A stretch of 43,993 nt of DNA, counting the filler, from Catajapyx aquilonaris (lineage: Eukaryota), in NCBI GenBank assembly GCA_000934665.2. It is 2 parts of 2 records of this genome, joined end to end, with 100 filler letters (N's around TTAATTAATTAA, not from the genome) between each part and the next. Parts side by side here need not be neighbours in the genome. Positions count along the whole stretch, not along the records: positions 1 to 21,961 come from JYFJ02005940.1; positions 22,062 to 43,993 come from JYFJ02005941.1. The stretch is one strand, 5' to 3'. Shown piece by piece: positions 13,018 to 24,313 of this stretch. The notes under the pieces were generated by a model. That model was given only the letters and a program-made list of their open reading frames with translations, had not been told where the DNA came from and made no database searches. Made by a program: the position numbers and the translations under genes. Position 1 is the stretch's first letter. Every line of letters begins with the position of its first letter.

Positions 13018-15359
13018 ATGGCCTTATTTATACATCTCTTTGCATCGCTCCTCGCCTGGACAGCAGTGGACGGTAACATCTTGAACTGTAATGTCTAGAA
13101 ACCTGTCGCAGTACCAAAATTGTAACGTTAATTTTTACAGCAGTGGGAGCAGAGTGGAAGAATGTAAACTGTTTGAAAAGGAACACAATAATTACGATTA
13201 ACTGAGATTGAAAATAATTAAATTGGTGTATGCGCCATCATTAGGCCCACAGTAATATTAGAGCACTTGAAAGGCTTCATCATAATGCAATCAGCATTGC
13301 ACACATAGCAGTATCATCATCAGTATTTAATAAATTTTATACGTATCAAGTTTAATTCATAATATATGAGTCTAATACCCGAACGTGACCTGCTGGCTGA
13401 TATTTATGTCCGGATTGATATATAAATCCCTGCACTTAATGTCGTCATTGGTTTGATTTGAAAGATATTTCCTATTTTCCATTCACATGTGATTATTTTC
13501 ACAGCTCCCAGACCGGACAAGAATAAATGAGCTTCCTCTTTGATTCTGATGTTATTTTCTGCATTTGACACTGGCACGTTTTGTGGGGTGAATGATGACA
13601 GAATGACCAGAGTAATTTTTACAAATTCATTTCTCCAGGTTTTCAGTGTCCTGTAGACTGGATATCTCCACCAGATGATGTGTCGTGTTACAAGCTGGTT
13701 GATATTCCCATGAATTGGTACGATGCTCGTGATTACTGTCAATCACAAGGCGGACACCTCCTGACCCTTAATTCACGACAACAGATTGTAAGAAAAACGA
13801 ATACATTGTACTGTAATATGTATTTTCCTAAAACTTTGAATTATAAGAGTAAAATAATGTTATCATTATTTACGTCGGATGTAGGACTGGCTTCTCTCGA
13901 TGATAAGAACACGTCCCCTTTCACGCTACTCGTGGGTAGGACTGTCAATAAGTGGAAATGGGACATTGTCATGGGTCGATGGCAGCAGCCCTGACGATCA
14001 CCTTCTGTAAGACCACAAAATAGAAAAACACTGATTTGTTTCCGTTGCCTAGCGAAAAAAGTATGACCAACAAAATAACTATTCTAGGGTACAGAGAAAG
14101 AATAACGCAGAACGTAGGAGAATCACTCCGGACTGTGTCAGGTATTTCGGAGATTCCCAAGAGATTGAAGATGTAGACTGCACAGTATATGGACTCAATC
14201 CTGCATGTGAAAAAGGTAAATTGGAATGGTATTCTTGCAACCATTGCTAATACAGTAGTAAAATAACATGATAAATACTATGACACATCTTTATAATATT
14301 TTCCTATTACTCTAATGTGAACAAGATAATGTGAACATTATTGTTTTCCTGTGCTTTTTTCACTTTACTTTTGACGAAGACAATAAAACGGAGAAAATAA
14401 TACGAAAACGAATAATACATTCATAGTGATATCTTATCATTGCAGAAATCGAAAGTGGGGGTGCTTGTCCTAAATTGTGGCTGAAGCGTAAGGGTTCTTC
14501 GAGCTGCTATTTTTTTAGAGTGCAGATTCTTTTGTTCTGGAACGAAGCACGTGAACACTGTCAAGCCGAAGGAGGTGATTTGGTAACGATTAATTCCCAA
14601 GAAGAAAAGGTAAAGCACGTTATTTTCTGAGCCCTTTCCACCTCCACAATAACTGCCATAATCCGAATTACAGGAATGGCTGAGTAGATCAATGGGAAAG
14701 TTCAGGCTTAGTCAAGTCTGGGTTGGTCTAAGCAACGAAGAGGAAGGCTGGAGATGGACAGATGGAACCATCCTTGATACGAGCATATTGTTAGGAAACT
14801 AAGTTTTGATATTAATGAAGTGATCGAATGTAATTAACCAGCTATTCTTTGCAGGTCGTGGAGAAAAGGAAGTCCCCACGAACGGAATATTGAAGATGAA
14901 TTTCTCTTACTTACTGACAGTGGACGGTTCATCTTCACATCTTACCAACACGAAATTGCTTCCATATGTGAAATAAGAAGAGGTGAGTTGTTGGCTAATC
15001 TGTTAAGATGGATTTGTCACGCTGCCTTTTAAACACTCTCTAATGAGACTAATATTTCGCTGAGACAGCATTCCAAATTATAATAGAATCAGCGTCTAAT
15101 GAGCACCTTTGCACTTCCTTATTCAGCACCATACACGATCGCTTGTGATGCTCCACCAGTGTCGGAGAACCAAAGAGTGAAGTGCATCACACCAAATGGA
15201 ACAGAAGTCCAGTGTGACGACAACCTTCACCTTTATGGGGCTACTGCCACTTACGCATGCAAGGAACCGTACCAGAGCACAACCGGATTGCCTTACGCCT
15301 ACTCGTTTTGCAACTATGATCAGAAATGGGAAACTATACCTGCCTTCAAGTGTCAATGA
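13018..15359 (+). CDS. Type-A secreted dual CTLD + six-Cys Sushi/Wonton-like protein, copy A3, 364 aa
   Basis: Exons 13018-13072 (MALFIHLFASLLAWTAVDG), 13639-13787, 13885-14006, 14088-14215, 14446-14609, 14674-14789, 14855-14982, 15127-15359; 1095 nt, open, GT-AG; closest paralogue of A1. Confidence 0.9.
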
Positions 15360-15773
15360 CTGACCCCCAATTTAAAAAGGAGTAGAAAACTGCATTTTGA
15401 ATATGGTTAATGTACCAAAAATTAAATATAGACAAGTTTCATTGCATCATCTCATTATGATTACTCGCGTATGTGCCTGACATGCAATCCTAATCAACCA
15501 GTTTCATGCAACTCTAACGGTGTTTATCGTCTTTATGAAGACGTCTTTAAAAGGAAGACAAAAATATATTATTGTCATACCTGCAACAAATTGGTTAAGT
15601 CATTCGATGCCATTTTCAGTCACAGCATGAAGATATATGATTCAAATCAACCTAGTATTAAAAGCTAATATGACCCATAACCTAAGTAACTGATTAAAAC
15701 AAGCAGCTTAATTGCTAAAATCGACATTTTAATTGGATCATTTTGTACACGTGAATTGTTATTTGTCGGTAGA

Positions 15774-16056
15774 GGGGGGTGTAGATGGCAGAGATGGTAA
15801 CGTCTCGGCCTGCTGAGTGAAAGGCCCCAGGTTTGAGCCCCCGCCTGTGGGGAGCTCGCTTTCACCTGCGTCAGGAGGGTCTCTAACCTGCACCTTGGAG
15901 GTGTCTGCTGGCAACCTAACCTCCTGGGGGACTGCACATGGCCCAACTTGAGATATTGCACCTGCACCCGTGTCCCCTCGCCGAAAATCCCCATCCTTAC
16001 CACCTAATGTCCTTGATTCGCTGCACTGGAGATTGAAGGAAACAAGTATTCAATAC
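15774..16056 (+). mobile_element. tRNA-derived SINE (diverged; 3' end approximate)
   Basis: G-run start, A-box-like tggcagagatgg (15786-15797) and degenerate B-box ggtttgagccc (15830-15840) at tRNA spacing, followed by a GC-rich body in AT-rich surroundings; no clear TSD. Confidence 0.55.
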
Positions 16057-16950
16057 TAGAAAACTGATGGTGGTGTGCCACCCCCCCCNCCCCCCCCCCC
16101 CAAAGAAAAGGCCCCTGGAGAGTTGCAGGCCTATCACGGGGTAAAATAAACACAAAAAATGCAAATTATTTGCCGGTAGATGCTACAAATACCGGTGCTA
16201 GAATTCTCCCATCAACGGACGGATAACTTGTACCGTATAATGAGTATAGACTTTAAGTTCGTCATTTTACCGAAGTCAAACATTGATGGGAATGGACCGG
16301 AATATTGATGGTAGTGTTTCATCAGCACACTTTGATTGGACCAGATCTGAAAGATATACCAAGAAACCTCATTAAACGTGTCATGCTGTGATGATCCACA
16401 AGTCATATCACTATAGTTTCAATTGTTTACTGGAGCATTGCCTTCTTCTTTTCCTCCAGAAAAACCACCAATATTTATAGTGGGGGACGTAACTACAGAC
16501 TCTCATCGACAGACGTCCCATAATCAAATAATGGTAATGGAGAGATTTTAAGTAATTGTATTGATTGAATGAAGGCACAAAGGTGGGGCGAAAGAAGACA
16601 GGACATTATCCCACGTTGTCATAATACAGAATGATGTACAGAAACTGTCAATTTCATGTAATATGTGGAACATATTATACTGTAGTATAGGCCTACTGAT
16701 TAAAATAGCTCTTGATCTAATTCTTTTCCTTGAAGGAAAATATCACACCTGCTACATAATGCTGACCTTGTATTGTAACACTTTTCCGATTTGGAAGGTC
16801 TATACGGTAGACTCTATAAAATCCAATGCGGGACATGAAAACCACGCAATATTTTTTTGGTGTGGCTATATCCGCCTGAATCCTGTGAAAGTGGCACAAC
16901 TATATTTATATTAATACAAAGAAACATTAGTCATCAGAGCAAAAAAGATA

Positions 16951-16992
16951 TGGGCGGATGGAACCAGTCTTGATATGAGCATATACTGTAAG
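16951..16992 (+). pseudogene. Orphan relic of a lectin exon-6 3' end
   Basis: tgg gcg gat gga acc agt ctt gat atg agc ata = WADGTSLDMSI followed by a gtaag donor; matches WTDGTNLDTGIL|gt (A2) and WTDGTILDTSIL|gt (A3); no other exons adjacent. Confidence 0.6.
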
Positions 16993-17612
16993 AAAACAAT
17001 GGCACCGTGCTGTTAACTACACAAATGAAGCCTATTTTGCAAAAACCATAATAGTAGTCAAAAATGGTCGAAAATGAGTCACGACCACCACATCACAGTT
17101 CCCAACCTTGCGCTCATAATGGTTCAATAGCAAGATCAATCCCTATAAATTAAATATTGTGGCAGTATAGATGCCAACTGAATTCCTCAAGTGGACGGCT
17201 AACTTGTGTAAATAGAGTATACGGTATGCTTCAAGTGTGTCATATTACTGGAATACAATAGGACTACTGATGGTAATGGACTGGAATATATTAAGGTAGT
17301 GTTACATCAGTCGCTTTTTATAGGTCCAGATCTGAAAGTTCGAACGGCACTCCTTCCGGTCAGTCAAAGGTATTATTTCCTTGCCTGGAAGAATATTCTT
17401 TTTCAGTCAGAATAATTCGAAAATCATATCCCCCTATTTTCAGTGCTTACAGAATCATTTCCTTTTCCTTTTTCCTCCAGCAAAACCGTCGTTATTTATC
17501 GTGAGAGACGTATAACTACAGACTGGCCCTGACACATTCTAACTTCTGCGGTCAGAGAGTGGCTGGGCTCGTTGATAAAAAGTGTATTGCACATATTATT
17601 TTACAGAGTGCC

Positions 17613-19499
17613 ATGGATTCGCGTACATACCAGTGCCTTTTCGTCATTGTTTTCACAGTCATACGTTGTAAGTTTTGATTTTTTTTCTTACACAGGTATT
17701 ATACAGGTAGGCCTACAGCATTGTGACTTGCTAATTCGGTTAAAAATTAACGTATTTTGAAATGTTCATTATGGTCTATACGGCTAAATCAGGAAAATAA
17801 GTAGAAGATAATAGCTATTATTTTCCAGATGCTTCAGGTGCGCAATGTCCCAATGACTGGACATCTCCACCTGGCGACACGTCTTGTTACAAGTTTAATA
17901 GAGAGAAATTAACATCAGACAAGGCTAATGTGTACTGTCATGCACACGGTGGACATCTTCTGGTCATCAATTCCAAAAGAGAACAGGTAATTTGAGCCTA
18001 ATTATATGTGCTATCATATACGTATAATAAAAATCAGTTTCTGTTTTCTTACCACATTTTAATATTATAGGGGAGATCGGTGTCGGTTGTAACACTTTAG
18101 TCTGGATATTTTAATTCAGTTACATATGCATTTAGGCAAAGGTTTATGACATGGTGGAAATAAAACAACATTCCTCTATGTAAAATTAACATTATAAAAT
18201 CTTAAGAATAAAAATTGATAGATTTATAAATATTTTTCCAAGGCAAGGCAGAATGTTACAACCGACCCCACAGGGGTGTTGTAACAGAGGGCGGGATCGA
18301 TTGTGACAATGTAATATGGAAGAACAGATTGCACCCACTCATTTTCTCGGCTATTGTCTTTATAGCCTACTTGATCCACATTGCTCTTTATCTCTAGATA
18401 CACTGGAATTTACTCAGCAGAATAGTATTGCAAGATAATAGATTTTTTTATTCCTTACAAACTTCTTCTTTCATACCTTATGAAAGAGTAAAATATTATT
18501 AGCCTATATAAATGCCACCTTTCGCAACAGTCGGTCCGACAGAAATAGGCCCAAAATATTGCCAACAGAAAAATGACACTTTCAATGGAACATACCACAC
18601 GAAACCCCACATAAAAATCCAGTGCCTCAAAAACATTTCTACGTACTAAACAGGAATGGATCTCTTCAACTGCGCGTGACATCTCATTTGTGAGTCCCTG
18701 GTGGGTAGGCCTAAGGAGAGACAACAATGGAACATGGTCGTGGGATGACGGTACAGAGTTTGACGACACAATCACGTGAGAAGTGTGACGAGGGATGATT
18801 TCAAAGAATATGCAATGTAAAAAAAACCCTTTTCAGACAATGGGCTCCTGGCTATCCAAATGATGACGTAATAAGCGAAGACTGCGCAACAATAGAAGTT
18901 GGTGGACATGGAGATATTGCTGACCATTACTGCTGGCTGGGTTTCGAATTCATTTGTGAAGCAGGTAATCTTGATGAATTTATTCAAAATAAGTAAATAA
19001 CAGATTAGATAATAATTAGGGCCTACCAAATAAGAGGTGAATGTAAAAAACCAAATGAAAGTTACAAGAGTAATTGAGACATACCCAGAATAAATAACAT
19101 GCGAAATAACATAAATAATATCCTGGTTGCAGATATTCGGCATTGATTTCATTGATTATAAAACTCACTGCATGACTATGACAATTGGCTGCTTACGTTT
19201 TAGATGAACAACCGACCTAATTGCCACATCGTGATGTTGTCAAATTAACGGTACCAAAATTTGACAACCCCATAATTGGTACCGTCAATGGTCAATCAAT
19301 AGAAAGCACTCAAAAAATTATTTTCTTGCAGACTTTGAAATCAACTCCATCTGCCCATATTATTGGGAGAAGAGAATTAATTCAACAAGCTGTTATTTGT
19401 TGAATAGGCAAAATTTTGCAAGCTGGTATGCGGCTCACAAATATTGCCAAATTAGAGGTGCACATCTGGTCATTATCAGTTCCATCGAGGAAAAGGTAC

Positions 19500-19560
<61 letters not shown>

Positions 19561-20971
19561 ATGTCCAACGATGAAGTAGGTCAATTTTGAAAATTGACCT
19601 CGAAATAAAGTTATGAGCAGGGTATGCCCATAACCGTAAAGTGTAAACGGATGATTTTGATCAGTTTTGATCCACACAGTTGTGGGACACATCCTTCTAC
19701 TCACGCTATCTACACATACTCATCATTATATACAAAATATGAAACTATGGAGTCTCCCGCAAATTGACATCGGCAACCTGGAGTGACGAAAACCCTAGTA
19801 ACGTATCACTAGCTGCAGTGCTACTCCTTACCGACTACTTAAGGAAGTGACCCTGCTGGAAGAGACTCAGAGACACGAGGCTCTGGCGACCTTGATGAAA
19901 GTCCAACCGGGAAAAAATTGTCAACAACGTTCGTCCAACAATGCAGTGCAGCCATCCGTGGTCAAAAATGATCACTACTTTCACTACACACATTAACATG
20001 ACATGAGTGTCTCATTACTGTATGGTGTGCGATAACTTGTTTACTCCTACATTGGTTTAGGAGTGGCTCAAAGAAGCAGTAGAAGTCTATGGTTATCAGA
20101 CGACTTGGATAGGACTGAGTGACCATGAGGAAGAAGGAATCTGGAGATGGACCGATGGGACCAGTCTGGACACCAACATCATGTGAGTTGCCTTTGTTGC
20201 ATCCACACAGTGGCGGATTGATGGGGGGGGGCACTTGAGACCTGAAGTGAGGGACGCCATAAATAAGATGTGGATTTGAGGGTTTTATATCTTTTTCTGT
20301 ATAGTCTATCTGTGCCCTTAAATTGTTTGTTTCTTGCGTCCACTCCTTCCTTCATTCCTTCCTACTCCTTGTCACTATATTTATGTACGTATCATATTAT
20401 TGTAAATAATCATAGTACTGTAGTATTAGACAATCCATGTGCTTTTTTCCCCTTAATGCCTGCCTAAAAGGTAGCCTATACGTAATACCGGTGTATCCAT
20501 TGTCTCCCTGATTTACGTATTTTTCTCTATCTCGTATTTTTCAGGTCGTGGAAAGAGGGGTATCCAAATGGCAGACGCGGTGAGCCAGATGTCGCTCTTC
20601 TTTCTTCTAAGAAACAATACATGAGCTTGGCAAATTTCTTCGACATCAATTCAATATGTGAAATAACCGGAGGTAAAGTGACCCAGCGTTATTGAAACTA
20701 TCCCCCTGCAATGTGGACTGTGGCTGTTTCAGAGCCATACAAGGTGGCCTGCACTGCCCCACCACCCCCTTCCGACACCCAGGAGGTGAGGTGCCACTCC
20801 CCCGATGGAGGTGCCATGGTCCGGTGCCACGACGTCCTCCACGTCAGAGGGAGTGCTGCGGTGTACCGGTGCAAGGAGCCTTACCAAAGCACCACTGGGA
20901 TGCCCCTGGCCTACTCCGTATGCGAGGAGGATCAACAGTGGTCATCCATCCACGCCTTCCAGTGTCAATGA
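17613..20971 (+). CDS. Type-B secreted dual CTLD + six-Cys Sushi/Wonton-like protein, copy B2, 371 aa
   Basis: Exons 17613-17667 (MDSRTYQCLFVIVFTVIR), 17829-17986, 18654-18775, 18837-18964 (WAPGYPN..EDC..IADHYC..FICE), 19332-19495, 20061-20182, 20545-20672, 20733-20971; 1116 nt, open, GT-AG. Confidence 0.9.
18069..18310. mobile_element. Probable DNA-transposon end fragment in B2 intron 2
   Basis: Starts taggggagatcggtgtcggttgtaaca; internal inverted copy tgttacaaccgac (~18254) and further ttgtaaca/ttgtgaca motifs; this intron is much longer than in B1. Right end not resolved. Confidence 0.4.
19500..19559. repeat. (AGT)20 microsatellite in B2 intron 5
   Basis: Perfect AGT run starting 5 nt into the intron. 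Confidence 0.97.
19678..19940 (+). mobile_element. Degraded 3' fragment of an RTE-like LINE
   Basis: Across frameshifts reads VVGHILL...KLW...HRQPG...LATLMK...EKIVNNVRP, resembling from memory the GHILR...LW...G-RP...L...MEDR..W C-terminus of RTE-clade ORFs. Confidence 0.4.
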
Positions 20972-21556
20972 TTTTATTTTTATCATTGTAATTGTCGCCA
21001 ATTAATCGATTCTGTTTTATTGATTACAAGAGAGCCACCAAAAATGTGTCAATTCAAGAAAAACCTATATTCAGTAATATCACATAATAATCTATGCGCA
21101 ATAGTGTTACGTGTGAAATAGTTTCGGTTATAATACTCCCTAATGTAATAGCCAAGGACGCCTTCGATTAATCGGACACACTACTTGTAGGCCTACTGAT
21201 AATGAAAATTTTATTTTGCACTTATTCATTCTACATTTTATTATGATAAACTTGATTTCAACATACGATGTAATGTTATAGACTACGTAATGGACAGCCA
21301 GCAGAGGGAAGGGAACAGTTAGGAAGGGAAAGGGAATGAGCCTGCCACTAGCCACGAACGACTATTTATTCAACATCTTTCTACAGTAGGTTGTCTCCTA
21401 TTTGCGTCATCAGGAAAATATCGAGTGGCAAACACCAATGGGGCTGCATGTGACTCATCGCTATGCGAATAGTCTATCTGGCCGCAAGCATCCTCCTCTT
21501 GACCACAGATTTCGCAAATAATCTGACTCTTACGGTTAGTGTCAGTCAAGTAGGAC

Positions 21557-21961
21557 ATGGCCTCATATCTACATATTTTTGCATCCCTCCTCTTCTGGAC
21601 AGCAACACAAGGTACCATCTATAGTAATGCCCGAAAAACCCGCTCTCTTGGGAAATATATATTTTTCTCCAAACGTATTTACTTTTTTAACAGCATTTTG
21701 GCTTTCTATGCACACTATAAAAACCTTATTAGTGTATAACCATATATGTTCATAACAGTGAAATTGTTAATATAAAAAGCAGAATCGTAAATGAGTCTCT
21801 TACAGCGGACATGAATATTAGCTTTTTCTTTAATTTTTATAATACAGTATTATCGCATTGTACGCTGAAACGTGTTTGGTGAATGATGATAGGATGAACT
21901 GAGTTATTTTGACACATTGATTTTCCAGGTTTTCAATGTCCAACAGACTGGATATCTCCAC
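21557..21961 (+). CDS. 5' part of a further type-A lectin gene (copy A4), cut by the gap
   Basis: Exon 1 21557-21611 (MASYLHIFASLLFWTATQG|gtacc); exon 2 from 21929 (GFQCPTDWISP) runs into Ns. Confidence 0.85.
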
Positions 21962-22061
21962 NNNNNNNNNNNNNNNNNNNNNNNNNNNNNNNNNNNNNNN
22001 NNNNNTTAATTAATTAANNNNNNNNNNNNNNNNNNNNNNNNNNNNNNNNNNNNNNNNNNNN
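21962..22061. other. Artificial contig-joining spacer
   Basis: Exactly 44 N + TTAATTAATTAA + 44 N = 100 nt; the 12-mer places stops in all six frames, as used in concatenation linkers. Confidence 0.95.
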
Positions 22062-23119
22062 CCTCCCCCAGCTTCCCAATCCCCCCCCCCCCTACGTCTG
22101 CCACCGTTCACACGGTTCACACTGTTAAATACCTTACTCTTTCGCCTCACTGGATTTCGCAAGATGTTGTGCGGGATTGCTCTGAATAGCCAGGATAACG
22201 TTCGAAATCGGCTCGCAAGGGAACTGATTCAATCAATATGTCGGCGACTGTACGTCGGGTGTACCTTATTATTCCAAACTTTCTGAGATTAAAGGTTAAT
22301 TTCTGGGCACCAAATCACTCATGTATACTGTACAAGAATAGAGGTGTCGCTTCTATGCATGTAGGTAAATGGCATTAACCAACTCAGTTATTTTAAACAC
22401 ACTTAACTCAGATGATGTCAGAACTATCCTGAAAACATACTTCATAAGGTCGCTTCTCATTTGACGCCGGTTGCATAAGGCACTATTCCATAGCAATATG
22501 GTCTGTGAACTCAGGTGGATTTTATTGCGTCTCACTATCGTGAACTCTGTTCCATAATGCATTATGACACTGGTGACGAAAGGTCTCTTTTCCTCGTATC
22601 CCTCATTAGCAATTCCCTCTCCGGTGGCTTGGTCAGTTATGCAGCTGCGTACTCAGTGCGTACTAAAATTACCAAATCAAGTTTAGTACGGGCCTGATGT
22701 ATTATTTATAGTGGCCTAAGTGGAAAACAACATGTTCAATATTTACAACCAATTACACAACCTCCTCTAAAATTATTCCCACTCGTTTAGAGCAGGTTGT
22801 TTCTATTTCAGTAGAGAATCATTGCTGTGAAGTATTTACATATACCATGAAAAATCAGAAACAGATTAGACATTATACCTAATTTATGGAGTTGTCGTCC
22901 AAATAACAATCAATCATATACTATACGTATACGGTATACGTATACTGTATACATATCATAGGCCCTAAAACACACTAAGTTACTCATATTGATAGCATAC
23001 AGAAAACTTCATCACAAACTTACAAAGCTGGTTGATGCTTGACATCATGCTCAACAATATATGCGGGAAATAATTATTAGATTGAATATTATTCATGTCC
23101 TTTCGCTAGTTTCTCTTAA

Positions 23120-23237
23120 CCCTGTAATGCCCACTGGGTCATATCTGGCACACCATTTAGTGCAATTTTTATATTTCCTGTAAGTGCCAAATTGCACTAA
23201 ATGGTGTGCCAGATATGACCCAAGGGGCATTACAGGG
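23120..23237. mobile_element. 118-bp piggyBac-type MITE
   Basis: TTAA on both sides (23116-23119, 23238-23241); CCC...GGG termini; ~48-bp near-perfect TIRs ccctgtaatgcccactgggtcatatctggcacaccatttagtgcaatt. Confidence 0.9.
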
Positions 23238-23988
23238 TTAAATCTCTGGTTTATGATATAGGTTTACGCATGGACTTTGTGACTTTTGAAACGTCACCTA
23301 TCATGTTGCTGACTTTCATTATATAAAAGTGCATTTCATTTTTATTGCCGTGTTATTTTAAAGACGTAATACTTTGTGTCATGGACAAGTGAAATGGTTC
23401 CCTCTATGTGAAGGACTCACTTCCATGGCAATTCAAGGACTGTGATAATTATAGTGCCGGTTCTGCAGCAGAACTATAACTATCAGCTTGTTACCGATAC
23501 TGTGTGCTCGTTCTAGTGATTTCTAATTGTCTATCTGTATACCAGCCCATTGACATAGGTCATGAAAAGAACTGTAAATAGGCAAGATTCCAACATGTGA
23601 CACGATAACCCTCTTGGTACTATGCAGTGAAAATGGGTAGTATATCACCTATTTGGCCAGTTTCACTGAAGATTTTGGCGCAAATTTAGTGTTGGTTTAT
23701 GAATATTTCCGATGAACTAAACTTATTGTATTATAAAAACGAATTAGGTAGGGCCAATAGGTTGTGTATAGCCATCGTGTTATTCTTCGAACTGATCAAG
23801 AACAAAGAGCCTTCCGGGTATAGTGACATATGCAAATTACATAATTCATTATCATAATAGTTTTGTAATTGTTGTTGTTGTCAGGCGAGCATTAAGGAGT
23901 CAGTGCAATAAATTGCTACATGCTATTTCATTCATAATTTTGTAATGTTATCTACAGAACATAGATGTACAGTATATCCTTACTGATA

Positions 23989-24313
23989 GGGGGAGACGAA
24001 GTGGCGCCGCGGTAACGTGCGCGCCCACGGATGTTAAGGTCCCGGGTTCGATCCCAGCCCGGGGACACCCCCTTCATCTCGTGCAGAGGTCGGTCACCTC
24101 TGGCTTCGTCTCGGGTGGTATTTCCTACAGACTAAACCACCCGGGGGAGCTCACTAAAAATGGCCACACGTCAGATGCACTGCACTTGCACATCCCCTCC
24201 TGTCATCCTGCCCGTGGGCCCGGGCGCTTCAATAATAGGATTCCCAGAATTGTACACCATCACAATAAAGGTCTGGCAAAAAACCCCTCTGGGGTTAGCC
24301 GAATACCCAATCA
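23989..24313 (+). mobile_element. Full-length tRNA-derived SINE (~325 bp)
   Basis: A box tggcgccgcgg (~24002), B box ggttcgatccc (~24045), short caat tail, perfect 15-bp TSD atatccttactgata (23974-23988, 24314-24328). Confidence 0.9.

Noticed and set aside
16081..16100. Poly-C tracts containing N (also 26311-26343)
   Set aside because: Homopolymer sequencing uncertainty.
1..21961. Minus-strand and off-frame ORFs overlapping lectin exons (e.g. 2361-2606, 10974-11180, 13969-14244, 20729-20935)
   Set aside because: Shadows of the + strand exons; they recur only because the exons are duplicated.
23989..24068. Possible tRNA gene
   Set aside because: Has A and B boxes but no convincing cloverleaf or T-run terminator, and lies within a TSD-bounded 325-bp unit, so it is a SINE head.
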